64,000 nucleotides of DNA from Spirochaetia bacterium (GTDB lineage Bacteria; Spirochaetota; Spirochaetia; SZUA-6; Bin103), in the NCBI GenBank assembly GCA_965198005.1, contig CBDAOI010000004.1, positions 608,001 to 672,000 on the forward strand, in the 5' to 3' direction. The position numbers were made by a program, and so were the translations under genes. The notes under the pieces were generated by a model. The model was not told where the DNA came from and did not search any database. It saw only the letters and a program-made list of their open reading frames with translations. Every line of letters begins with the position of its first letter. Position 1 is the stretch's first letter. Positions 49,375 to 57,830 of this stretch are shown in pieces.

Positions 49375-49580
49375 GACATCACCGCGCCGGTCATCGTCGT
49401 GTTCTCGATCACCATCGGCGGCGTCATCATCGCGAGGGGCGCAGTTTCATGGAGATGGCGCCGCGCCTGGCGATGTGGCCCGGTCTTGCGCTGACTGCTA
49501 CGGTTTACAGTTGAACTTGTTCGGCGACGCGGTGCGGGACCTGCTTGATCCGAGGTGGCGAGGTGGCGTGGGCCGTCATG
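49375..49580 (+). pseudogene. Degraded 3' end of a DppC-like permease paralogue
   Basis: ITAPVIVVFSITIGGVII, WPGLAL, NLFGDAVRDLLDPR; resembles the 3' part of 46983-47912 with indels. Confidence 0.75.
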
Positions 49581-49650
49581 GCCGTCAATCCCCGCTTGCC
49601 GCTTCAGGCGATTTCTCCGATGATAGGAGGGACCGAGCATCCGGGAGGAG

Positions 49651-50610
49651 GTGGACGTGGCGCCACGTTCGAGTTGGAAGGGATTCGTCAGGCTGAGTCT
49701 CGTGTCGGTGCCGGTAAAGGCGTATACCGCCAACGATACCGGCGTGCAGGTACGCCTCAATCAGCTCCACGCCGAGTGCAACAGCCGCATCGCCTACAAG
49801 AAGGTGTGTCCCCAGCACGGCGAGGTAGACAGCGACCAGATCACCCGCGGCTACGAGTACGCCAAGGGGCAGTACGTCGTGATCGACGATGACGAGCTGG
49901 ACAAGCTGCGCACCGCGGGTGACCGCTCGGTCAACATCGAGGGGTTCATGGCCCCGGGGGAGCTGGACGCCGTGTACCACGCCGGCCGCACCTACTATCT
50001 GGTGCCGGACGGTGCGGTCGGGCAGAAGCCGTACGCGCTGCTGGTGCGGAGCATGCAGGAAAACAACGTGCACGCGCTGGCCCAGGTGGTGATCGCGCGG
50101 CGCGAGCAGCTCGTGCTGCTGCGCCCGATCGGCAACGTGCTGGCGATGACCATGCTCAACCACCAGATGAAGGTGAAGGCGGCCGCGTCGTTCGAGGACG
50201 AGGTGGTGGCGGCCGACTGCAGCGCCGCGGAGGTACAGCTCGCCGCGACGCTGATCAACGCCTCCCGGCTGCAGGAGTTCGATTACGCCCGATACACCGA
50301 CCGCTACGTCGAGAAGCTCACGGAGCTGATCCAGCTCAAGGTCGAGGGCGAGGAAGTGGTGCAGGTGGCCGATACCGAGGAGCCGAAGATCATCAATCTG
50401 ATGGAGGCGCTGAAGAAGAGCGTGGCCGAGGCGCAGGGGGCGGCGCCGGCGAGCGACGCGGCGGCGGACGCGGCGGACGGTAAGGCCGCGCCTGCGCGCG
50501 GCGCGGCGGGTGGCCGGAAGCAGGCGCCGAGCGCCAAGGCCCGGCGGCCGCCGGAGGCGGCGGAAGCGGACGTGGCCGCGGCCGCGGACCGCGCGCAGCA
50601 GGCCGGGTAG
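49651..50610 (+). CDS. ku: NHEJ end-binding protein Ku
   Basis: PRSSWKG..RLSLVSVPVK, LNQLH..CNSRI, GYEYAKGQYV, YYLVPD, KPYALL, NLMEALKKS; GGAGGAGG SD. Confidence 0.95.
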   Translation: MDVAPRSSWKGFVRLSLVSVPVKAYTANDTGVQVRLNQLHAECNSRIAYKKVCPQHGEVDSDQITRGYEYAKGQYVVIDDDELDKLRTAGDRSVNIEGFMAPGELDAVYHAGRTYYLVPDGAVGQKPYALLVRSMQENNVHALAQVVIARREQLVLLRPIGNVLAMTMLNHQMKVKAAASFEDEVVAADCSAAEVQLAATLINASRLQEFDYARYTDRYVEKLTELIQLKVEGEEVVQVADTEEPKIINLMEALKKSVAEAQGAAPASDAAADAADGKAAPARGAAGGRKQAPSAKARRPPEAAEADVAAAADRAQQAG

Positions 50611-50627
50611 CCGGCGGAGCGCGCCCC

Positions 50628-51554
50628 ATCGACCGCCTGCCGGCGACGTTCGCCCCGATGCTGGCCAAGCCGGGCCGGCCGTTCGATTCGGCGCGCCACC
50701 TGTATGAGGTGAAGTGGGACGGCATCCGGGCCATCGCCCTGGTCGAGGGCGGCGGCTACCGGCTGCTGAGCCGCACCGGGCACGACCTCACCGACCGCTA
50801 CTCCGAACTGGCCGCACTCGCCCGGCTGCCCGCCGGCACCATGCTGGACGGTGAGGTGGTGGTGCTGGAGAACGGGATCCCCAACTTCGAGGCGGCGTTG
50901 CGGCACCGCCGCCGGAGCGGTGCGGCGGCGTCCCAACCGGCTCCCCGGTACATGGTGTTCGACCTGCCGTACCGTTCGTTCCAGTCGACCATGGACCGGC
51001 CGCTGCTGGAGCGCAGGGCGCCGTTGCCGGAGCTGGTGGACGGCTGCCGTTCGCCTCTGGTGATCAGTTCCGACGGCTTGGTCGGCGCCGGCATCCGCTT
51101 CTATCGCGAGGTGTGCGCGCGCGGCATCGAAGGGGTGATGGCCAAGCGCGTCGACAGCCGCTACCTGCCGGGCAGGCGTACCGACGCCTGGATCAAGATC
51201 AAGCGGCGCCTGCATCTCAACTGCGTGGTGCTGGGATACTTGGACAAGGAGGGGGATGACTTTCAGAGTCTGATCGTGGCTACCGACCGGGGAAACGGGC
51301 TGCGCTACGCGGGCCGGGTCGGCACCGGATTCACCGCCGCCCAGCGCGGTGCGCTCAAGCGGGTGCTGGTGCGCCGGCGGCGCGCCACCGGGCTGCTGCC
51401 GGTGGCCGACCAGCCTGCCCTGCGGCAACTGCCGGACCCGGTGTGCTGGGTGGACCCGGTCGTGTTCTGCGTCGTCTCCTGCCTCGAATTCAGCAGTTCC
51501 GGGGTGATGCGGGCGCCGGTATTCGAGGGGCTGGTGGAGGAACCGGCGCCATGA
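50628..51554 (+). CDS. Stand-alone ATP-dependent DNA ligase (LigD/LigC-type NTase plus OB); start ATC 50628 or ATG 50658
   Basis: PMLA, EVKWDG, LDGEVV, MVFDL, EGVMAKR, WIKIK, YAGRVGTGF, MRAPVF. Confidence 0.92.
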   Translation: MDRLPATFAPMLAKPGRPFDSARHLYEVKWDGIRAIALVEGGGYRLLSRTGHDLTDRYSELAALARLPAGTMLDGEVVVLENGIPNFEAALRHRRRSGAAASQPAPRYMVFDLPYRSFQSTMDRPLLERRAPLPELVDGCRSPLVISSDGLVGAGIRFYREVCARGIEGVMAKRVDSRYLPGRRTDAWIKIKRRLHLNCVVLGYLDKEGDDFQSLIVATDRGNGLRYAGRVGTGFTAAQRGALKRVLVRRRRATGLLPVADQPALRQLPDPVCWVDPVVFCVVSCLEFSSSGVMRAPVFEGLVEEPAP

Positions 51555-52810
51555 ACGCGGACCCCGCGCCGCGGCTGCGCAACCGGGAGGTCGCCTTTAC
51601 CGGCCGCCTCGCCTCCATGACCCGCGACGAGGCCGCGGGCCGGGTGACCGCGGCCGGCGGCAGGGTGGTGGGCACGCCGGGTCCCGACACCGCGTGGCTG
51701 GTGGTGGGGCAGGGGGGCTGGCCGTTGCGCGGCGACGGCCGGCCGACCGCCAGCATGCTCCGCGCCCGCTCCCTCGAGCAGCAACCACGCGCGCGCCTGC
51801 AGGTGGTCTCCGAGACCCGGTTCCTGGAGCTGCTCGGCCTGGACGAGAAGGTGGAAGACCTGCAGCGCCTGTTCACCACCGTCCAGCTCGGCCGCATTCT
51901 CGAGCTGCCGACGCGGGAGCTTCGGACCTGGGTGCGGCGCGGGTTGATCCACCCGGTCAAGGTGGTGAATCGCCTGGCCTGGTTCGATTTTCGGGAAGTG
52001 GCGATGGCGCGCGCGCTCCACTCGCTGACCAGCGCCGGAGTATCGCCGGCGCGGATCAGCCGCAGCATCCGCGAGCTGTCGCGCTGGCTGCCGGACGCGC
52101 AGCGCATGTTGACCCGGTTGGAGACCTTCGCCCACGGCCGCGGCCTCGGCATCCGCCTGCAGGACGGACGGCTGGCCGACCCCGCGGGCCAGTTCCTGCT
52201 CGACCTGCATCGCGGCACGTCCGACCCGGCGGGGCCGTTGATTCGCGCGTTCGATCCGCGCGCGGCGGCCGCGGATCACGCTGATGCCGCACCCGGCGCC
52301 GCGGACGGGGAGGGGGACGCCGCTTCGGCAGCGCCCGGCGGGGTGGCCGAGGAGCTGTTCGGGCAGGGGGTGCAGGCGGAAGATCGCGGCCAGTGGGAGC
52401 ATGCGCTGAGCCTCTACGAGCGGTCCCTGGAGGCGGGCGGACCCGACCCGGAAACCTGCTTCAACCTGGGCAACGTGCTGTACGAACTGGACCGCAAACG
52501 GGACGCGGCCAAGCGCTACCTGCAGGCGGTCGAGCTCGATCCCGAGTACGTCGAGTCGCTCAACAACCTCGGCAACGCGCTGGCCGATAGCGGCTGGCTG
52601 ACGGAGGCGGTCAATGCCTACCGGCGCGCGCTGCGCGTGGAGCCGGACTACGCCGACGCGCACAGCAACCTGGCGGAGACCCTGGTGTACCTCGGCCGCT
52701 ACGACGATGCGCGCGAGCACTGGCACGCCTACCTGCGGCTCGACCCGCACAGCTCCTGGGCGCGCGCGATTCGGGAACTGATCCGCAACCTCCCCACCGG
52801 CCCCGGCTGA
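51551..52810 (+). CDS. BRCT - MerR-type HTH - TPR protein
   Basis: VAFTGRLASMTRDEA...AAGG.V...TAWLVVG...VSETRF (BRCT); LRTWVRRGLIHP...FDFREV (MerR-like); FNLGNVLY, NNLGNAL, AHSNLA (TPR); ATGA overlap with the ligase. Confidence 0.85.
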   Translation: MNADPAPRLRNREVAFTGRLASMTRDEAAGRVTAAGGRVVGTPGPDTAWLVVGQGGWPLRGDGRPTASMLRARSLEQQPRARLQVVSETRFLELLGLDEKVEDLQRLFTTVQLGRILELPTRELRTWVRRGLIHPVKVVNRLAWFDFREVAMARALHSLTSAGVSPARISRSIRELSRWLPDAQRMLTRLETFAHGRGLGIRLQDGRLADPAGQFLLDLHRGTSDPAGPLIRAFDPRAAAADHADAAPGAADGEGDAASAAPGGVAEELFGQGVQAEDRGQWEHALSLYERSLEAGGPDPETCFNLGNVLYELDRKRDAAKRYLQAVELDPEYVESLNNLGNALADSGWLTEAVNAYRRALRVEPDYADAHSNLAETLVYLGRYDDAREHWHAYLRLDPHSSWARAIRELIRNLPTGPG

Positions 52811-52834
52811 CGCCCGCCTCGCGGTGCGCCTCAT

Positions 52835-54010
52835 TCAGCCCGGATCATGGGTCATCTCCAGGATATCGGAGAATGACCGGTCCGGGGTGAGCGCGCGGAA
52901 AAAGGGCTCGCACGGCAGACACAGCACGCCGCGTTCCCGGATGCGGCGCGGACCGCGGTACAGCAGCAATGGTGTTGCCATGGGGTAGTCCTGCGTGAAG
53001 GCCCGCAGCCCGCTGAAGTCGCGCGGATGGAGTGTCGCGCTGTGCTTGACTTCGATGGCGAACAGCCCGCTCTCCCCGTAAAGCACGAGGTCGACCTCGT
53101 TGCCGGCGCGGGTGCGCCAGAAGCTGAGGGTGTCGTCGCGGTTGGCGTAGGCGAGCCAGGCTCGCAGATGCTGGGCAACCAACCCCTCGAGAGCTGCTCC
53201 CGCAAGTTCTTCGGGGCGGTCGAGCGGCCCCCGCGGCCGCAGCGAACGAAACAACCCGGCGTCCATCAGGTACAGCTTGGGGTGCGTGGTCATGCGCCGC
53301 CGCGCGCGCCGGGTGAACACCGGCAGGGTGAACGCCAGCAGCAGGTCGCGCAGCACCTCGACGTAACCCGTCGCCACCTTGCGCTGCACCTCGCACTCAC
53401 GGGCGAGATTGGACACGTTCAGAACCCCGCCGTGACTGAAGCTCACGGCTTCGAGAAAGCGAGAAAACGCGCCGATGTTCCGCACCAGCCCTTCCGCCTG
53501 TACCTCCTCGCGTACGTAGAGGGCGGCGTATGAGCGCAGCGCGGCGTCCGGATCGGGCGCGTCGACGACCAGCGGTATCAAACCCAGCGTCAGGGCGCGG
53601 TTCAGGCTGAAGCCGGCACCCAGCTCCGCCGCCATGAACGGATGCATGGTCGTGAGCACCGCGCGCCCGGCGAGCAGATCCACGCCGGTGCGATGCAGCT
53701 TGCGGGCGCTGGATCCGGTGAGCACGAAGCGCCGACCCTTGTCGAGCTCGATCAGTTGGTGCACGACCTGCAGCAGTTCCGGCACCCGCTGAACTTCGTC
53801 GATGACGATCGGATTGCTGCCGGGATTCGCCGCGACGGTGTGTCGCAGCCGCTCCGGCGCCGCCCCGTAGAAGCGCGTGTTCTCCGGATCGATCAGGTCG
53901 ATTATCAGGGCCTCCGGGTAGCGGTCGCGCAGCCAGGTCGACTTGCCCGTACCGCGCGGGCCGAAGAGGAAGTAGCTCGCCGGCGGCGGCCGGTAGAATC
54001 GCGCCAACAT
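52835..54010 (-). CDS. AAA_14 ATPase with DUF4143 domain
   Basis: LFGPRGTGKST, IDEVQR, LTGSSARKL, LAGRA, HPKLYLMDAG, WRT..G.EVD, IEVK. Confidence 0.9.
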   Translation of the reverse strand: MLARFYRPPPASYFLFGPRGTGKSTWLRDRYPEALIIDLIDPENTRFYGAAPERLRHTVAANPGSNPIVIDEVQRVPELLQVVHQLIELDKGRRFVLTGSSARKLHRTGVDLLAGRAVLTTMHPFMAAELGAGFSLNRALTLGLIPLVVDAPDPDAALRSYAALYVREEVQAEGLVRNIGAFSRFLEAVSFSHGGVLNVSNLARECEVQRKVATGYVEVLRDLLLAFTLPVFTRRARRRMTTHPKLYLMDAGLFRSLRPRGPLDRPEELAGAALEGLVAQHLRAWLAYANRDDTLSFWRTRAGNEVDLVLYGESGLFAIEVKHSATLHPRDFSGLRAFTQDYPMATPLLLYRGPRRIRERGVLCLPCEPFFRALTPDRSFSDILEMTHDPG

Positions 54011-54095
54011 GGGGCGACGCTATCCGCTGTGTGACAATCTGTCCAGTGCGATGCCGTTTTGGGTCGAAAAAAGGCATTTCGATACCCATAATGCG

Positions 54096-56192
54096 TCAGC
54101 GGCTGGCGAGATACTCCTGCAGGCGCTCGATCGCGGGGGCGAAGTCCTGCGGTTCGGTCAGCGTGGCGCGGAACCGGTCGCCGCGCCGCGCCAGCAGGGA
54201 CGGGGTGGTGCCGATGGTGTACCGGCTCGGGTGCAGGTCGCCATCCAGCTCGTCCCAGTCCAGCGGCATCGACACGCAGGCGCCCGGCACCGGCCGCACC
54301 ACGTACGGCGGTACCACGGTGGCGCTCCGGCGGTTCTGGAGGAAGTCGACGTATACCTTGCCGCCGCGGCCGCGCGGCAGCCGTTCGACGCTGGCGAGGT
54401 CGGGCTGCTCGCGCGCCACCACGCGCGCCACGGCCTCCATGAACAGGCGCGCCTGATCGAAGCTGTAGCCGGGCACCAGCGGCAGGTACAGGTGCAGCCC
54501 GGAGGCGCCGGAGGTCTTGACCGCAGGCTCCAGACCGATGCCGCGCAGCACCTTGCCGGCGGTCCGCGCGACCCGTACCGCCGCCGCGAAGCCCGCCTCC
54601 TTGGCGTCCAGGTCCAGCACCGCGAAGTCGGGGCTCTCCAGGCTGCCGCGCCGCGACAGCCACGGATGCAGCTCGATGCTGCCGAGGTTGATCAGGTAGA
54701 TCAGGGTCTCGAGGCCGTTGCACACGAACTGCCGGTCGTGCGCGGCGTCGACCTCCACCAGTTCCACCCAGTCCGGCACGCCGGCGGGGGCCTGGCGCTG
54801 GAAGAACGACTTGCCCTCGATGCCGTCGGGAAAGCGGTTCAGGTGCACCGGCCGGTCGCGCAGGTAGGGCAGCAGGTACTCGGCCACCTGCTCGTAGAAG
54901 CGCAGCAGGTCGCCCTTGGTGTACCCGTCGCGCGGCCAGTAGACCTTGTCCAGGTTGCTCAGCGGGAAGCGTGCGCGCCGCCGGCGGCGGTGGCTGGCGG
55001 CGCGCGCCAGCGCGGACTGCAGCTCGAGGCCGCGCGCGGCGTGGTCCGCGCGCAACCGGATCCGGCGCCAGTCGGCCTGCGGGCCGGCACGGTAGCCGCT
55101 GTGCGCGCGTTTCGCCACCAAGCCGTGAAACCCGGCCGCCGCCGCGGAGGAGGCGAGCTGTTCGCCGCTGCCGGTGACGTGGTCGGCGTAGAGCAGCGTC
55201 CGCATCTCGGGAAGCAGGGCGCGCAGCAGTTGCTTGCGCTCCAGCAACGGCACCGCGCGCAGGTCCCATTCGTCGTAGTGCAGCAGGTCGAACGCGTAGT
55301 AGGTCACGGGCGCGCCGGCGCCGCCGGCCGCCCAGGCGTCGAGCGCGGCGCGGGACGGACGTCCGTGTGCGTCGAGCGCCACCAGCACGCCGTCCAGCAG
55401 CGCCTGCTCCGCCCGCACCCGAGCCAGATCGGCCGCCAGCACCGACTGGGCGCGCGGGTGCAACTCCAGCTCCGATCCGTCCGCGGCGGCCAGCGCCGGC
55501 TGCGCTCCCTGCACGCAGGCGAACGCCCGCAGCCCCTCGAACTCCAGCTCGAAGATCCAGTCCGGATCGGAGAACTGACCGGCGGCTGCCCCGGCGCGCA
55601 TCGCCTGCGGCCGGCGCGGCAACGGCGCAGCGCAGGCGCGCGCATCCAGCACCGGCAGCGGCTCGTCCGCGCCGCGGGCGTACCGGTCACGCGCCTTGAA
55701 CAGCAGCCACTCGTCCGCGCCGCCGGTACGCACCAGGTGCCACTCGCCGCGCAGCCGGCGCCCGCGCAGGATCACCTTCACTTCGCCCGTGGCGAGCGCC
55801 GCTTCCAGCCCGGCGGCCCGCACCACCTCGTACGACCCGCGGTCCCAGATCAGCATCGTCCCGGCGCCGTACTGGCCCGGCGGGATCACCCCCTCGAACG
55901 TCCGGTAGCGCAGGGGATGGTCCTCGGTCCGGACCGCCAGGTGCTTGACCTGCGGGTCGTAGGAGAAGCCGCGCGGCACCGCCCAGCACACCAGCACGCC
56001 GCCGGCGGCCAGGCGCAGATCGTAGTGCAGGCGGCGCGCCTCGTGGCGGTGGATCACGAACGTACCGGCCGTCTCCACCGCCTCCGCGGCCTCCGGCGCC
56101 GCGGCCGGCGCGGGCTCGAACCGAGGCTCCGGCGTGCGGGGAAAGTCGCGCCGGGCGTTATACTCTGCTGGGGAGCGGGACATGCGGGCCAT
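54096..56192 (-). CDS. ligD: LigD-like protein: phosphoesterase - degenerate ligase - primase/polymerase
   Basis: PE: YNARRDF..TPEP, HEARRLHYDLRL, TEDHP; POL: NLDKVYWP, RFPDGI, VLDLD, KTSG..GLH, YVDFLQN; ligase motifs substituted. Confidence 0.9.
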   Translation of the reverse strand: MARMSRSPAEYNARRDFPRTPEPRFEPAPAAAPEAAEAVETAGTFVIHRHEARRLHYDLRLAAGGVLVCWAVPRGFSYDPQVKHLAVRTEDHPLRYRTFEGVIPPGQYGAGTMLIWDRGSYEVVRAAGLEAALATGEVKVILRGRRLRGEWHLVRTGGADEWLLFKARDRYARGADEPLPVLDARACAAPLPRRPQAMRAGAAAGQFSDPDWIFELEFEGLRAFACVQGAQPALAAADGSELELHPRAQSVLAADLARVRAEQALLDGVLVALDAHGRPSRAALDAWAAGGAGAPVTYYAFDLLHYDEWDLRAVPLLERKQLLRALLPEMRTLLYADHVTGSGEQLASSAAAAGFHGLVAKRAHSGYRAGPQADWRRIRLRADHAARGLELQSALARAASHRRRRRARFPLSNLDKVYWPRDGYTKGDLLRFYEQVAEYLLPYLRDRPVHLNRFPDGIEGKSFFQRQAPAGVPDWVELVEVDAAHDRQFVCNGLETLIYLINLGSIELHPWLSRRGSLESPDFAVLDLDAKEAGFAAAVRVARTAGKVLRGIGLEPAVKTSGASGLHLYLPLVPGYSFDQARLFMEAVARVVAREQPDLASVERLPRGRGGKVYVDFLQNRRSATVVPPYVVRPVPGACVSMPLDWDELDGDLHPSRYTIGTTPSLLARRGDRFRATLTEPQDFAPAIERLQEYLASR

Positions 56193-56292
56193 GGACGGCA
56201 GTCAACTACCGTAGCGCCGGGCCCGCGCGCGTTCAAGACGGTAGAGCAGGCAGAGCAGGCAGAGCAGGACAGCAGGACAATAGGTGCGGAAG

Positions 56293-56823
56293 ATGCAACA
56301 GGTGCGGGAGGTGCAGCAGCAGAATCCGGTCGGCGGCGGGGGGTGGCCGGCGCCCTATCTTGAGTTCCTCGCCCGCTACCGGGCCGGCGCGCACTGGTCC
56401 GCGCACGAGGTGCTGGAAGACCTCTGGCGGGCCACCGAGGAGCCGCAACGGCGCCTGTTCTACCAGGGGTTGATTCAGCTCGCGGCGGCAATGGTGCACG
56501 CCGAGCGCGGCAACCTGCGCGGCGTGCAGGGTCTGCTGGCGAAGGCGGCGGCGAAGCTGCGGGCGGTGGCGCAGCCGGCGGGGGCGCAGCCGGCGGGGGC
56601 GCAGCCGGCGGGGGCGCATCCGGCGGGGGCCGGTGCCGGTGCGGCCCGCGGCGCGGTGTGCACCTACCAGGGGCTGGACCTGGTCCGGCTGCTGCAGGAG
56701 ATGGAAGCGGCGGCCGGCGCGGTGCGGGTCGCGTCCGCCGCGGTACCGCCGGGCGCGTTCGACTGGCGCCGCAAGCCGCGCCTGGAGTTGCCGGAGGCGC
56801 GGGCCGGAGGGAGCGACCGGTGA
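56293..56823 (+). CDS. DUF309 family protein
   Basis: WSAHEVLEDLW, YQGLIQLAAA..H..RGN..G; internal 15-bp AQPAG repeats. Confidence 0.8.
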   Translation: MQQVREVQQQNPVGGGGWPAPYLEFLARYRAGAHWSAHEVLEDLWRATEEPQRRLFYQGLIQLAAAMVHAERGNLRGVQGLLAKAAAKLRAVAQPAGAQPAGAQPAGAHPAGAGAGAARGAVCTYQGLDLVRLLQEMEAAAGAVRVASAAVPPGAFDWRRKPRLELPEARAGGSDR

Positions 56824-57830
56824 CCGCCGCGCGCGCCGATCTTGATGGGCGCGGTGAGCCGGAGCCGGCGCTGCCCGATCTGGCCGCGGTGCGGGCCGCG
56901 GCAGCGCGCATCGCCCCGTACGTGCACCGGACGCCGGTCGTGACCTCGGCCCAGCTCGACGCCGCTACCGGGGCGCGGCTGTTCTTCAAGTGCGAGAATC
57001 TGCAGAAGGTAGGTGCGTTCAAGATCCGCGGGGCCACCAACTTCGTGCTGCAGCTTGCCCCCGCCACGGCGGCGCGTGGCGTGGTGACCCACTCCTCCGG
57101 CAACCACGGGCAGGCGGTGGCGGCCGCGGCGTGCAGGCGCGGGGTGCCGGCTACGGTGGTAATGCCGCGCAGCGCGGCCCCGGTCAAGCGGCGGGCGGTG
57201 GCGGACTACGGGGCGCGCGTAGTGACCTGCGCCGACGGCGACCAGGCGCGCTCCGCCGCGGCCGCCGACCTGGTCGCCCGCACCGGCGGCACGCTGATCC
57301 ACCCCTACGGTCATCCGCAGGTCGTGGCCGGGCAGGGGACGGTGGCGCTGGAGCTGCTGGAGCAGGTGGGGGAGCTGGACGCGGTGGTGGTGCCGGTGGG
57401 CGGCGGCGGCTGCCTGAGCGGGATCGGCGTGGCCGGGCGCGCGCTGCGCCCGCGCCTGGAGCTGTTCGGCGTGGAGCCGCAGCGGGCGGACGACGCCGCG
57501 CGGTCGCTGGCCGCCGGCCGGATCCTGCCCAGCCTGCACCCGGACACCGTGGCCGACGGACTGCGCACCGCGCTGGCGCCGCTCACCTTCCGCATCCTGC
57601 GCGCGTGCGAGGTCAGGATCCTGACCGTGACGGAGGAACAGATCATCGACGCGATGCGCACCATCTGGACCCGGCTGAAGCTGGTGGTGGAGCCGTCGGC
57701 CGCGGTCGGGCTGGCCGCGGTGTGCGCCCACCGCGCGCGGTTCCGGGGCAAGCGGGTGGCGCTGGTCTTGACCGGCGGCAACGTCGACCTGGACCACCTG
57801 CCCTGGCCGGGAGCGGGAGCCGTCCGCTGA
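56820..57830 (+). CDS. PLP-dependent serine/threonine dehydratase or racemase family
   Basis: HRTPV, FKCENLQKVGAFKIRGA, HSSGNHGQAVA, VGGGG, VEPSAA, TGGNVD; GTGA overlap. Confidence 0.92.
   Translation: MTAARADLDGRGEPEPALPDLAAVRAAAARIAPYVHRTPVVTSAQLDAATGARLFFKCENLQKVGAFKIRGATNFVLQLAPATAARGVVTHSSGNHGQAVAAAACRRGVPATVVMPRSAAPVKRRAVADYGARVVTCADGDQARSAAAADLVARTGGTLIHPYGHPQVVAGQGTVALELLEQVGELDAVVVPVGGGGCLSGIGVAGRALRPRLELFGVEPQRADDAARSLAAGRILPSLHPDTVADGLRTALAPLTFRILRACEVRILTVTEEQIIDAMRTIWTRLKLVVEPSAAVGLAAVCAHRARFRGKRVALVLTGGNVDLDHLPWPGAGAVR

Noticed and set aside
52835-54010. AAA_14/DUF4143 ATPase as an NHEJ component
   Set aside because: Widespread, sporadically inserted family; nothing beyond position links it to the locus, though synteny should be checked
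56236-56320. 9-bp GCAGAGCAG and AGGTGCGG repeats between ligD and DUF309
   Set aside because: Low-complexity microsatellite-like sequence; no evidence of function
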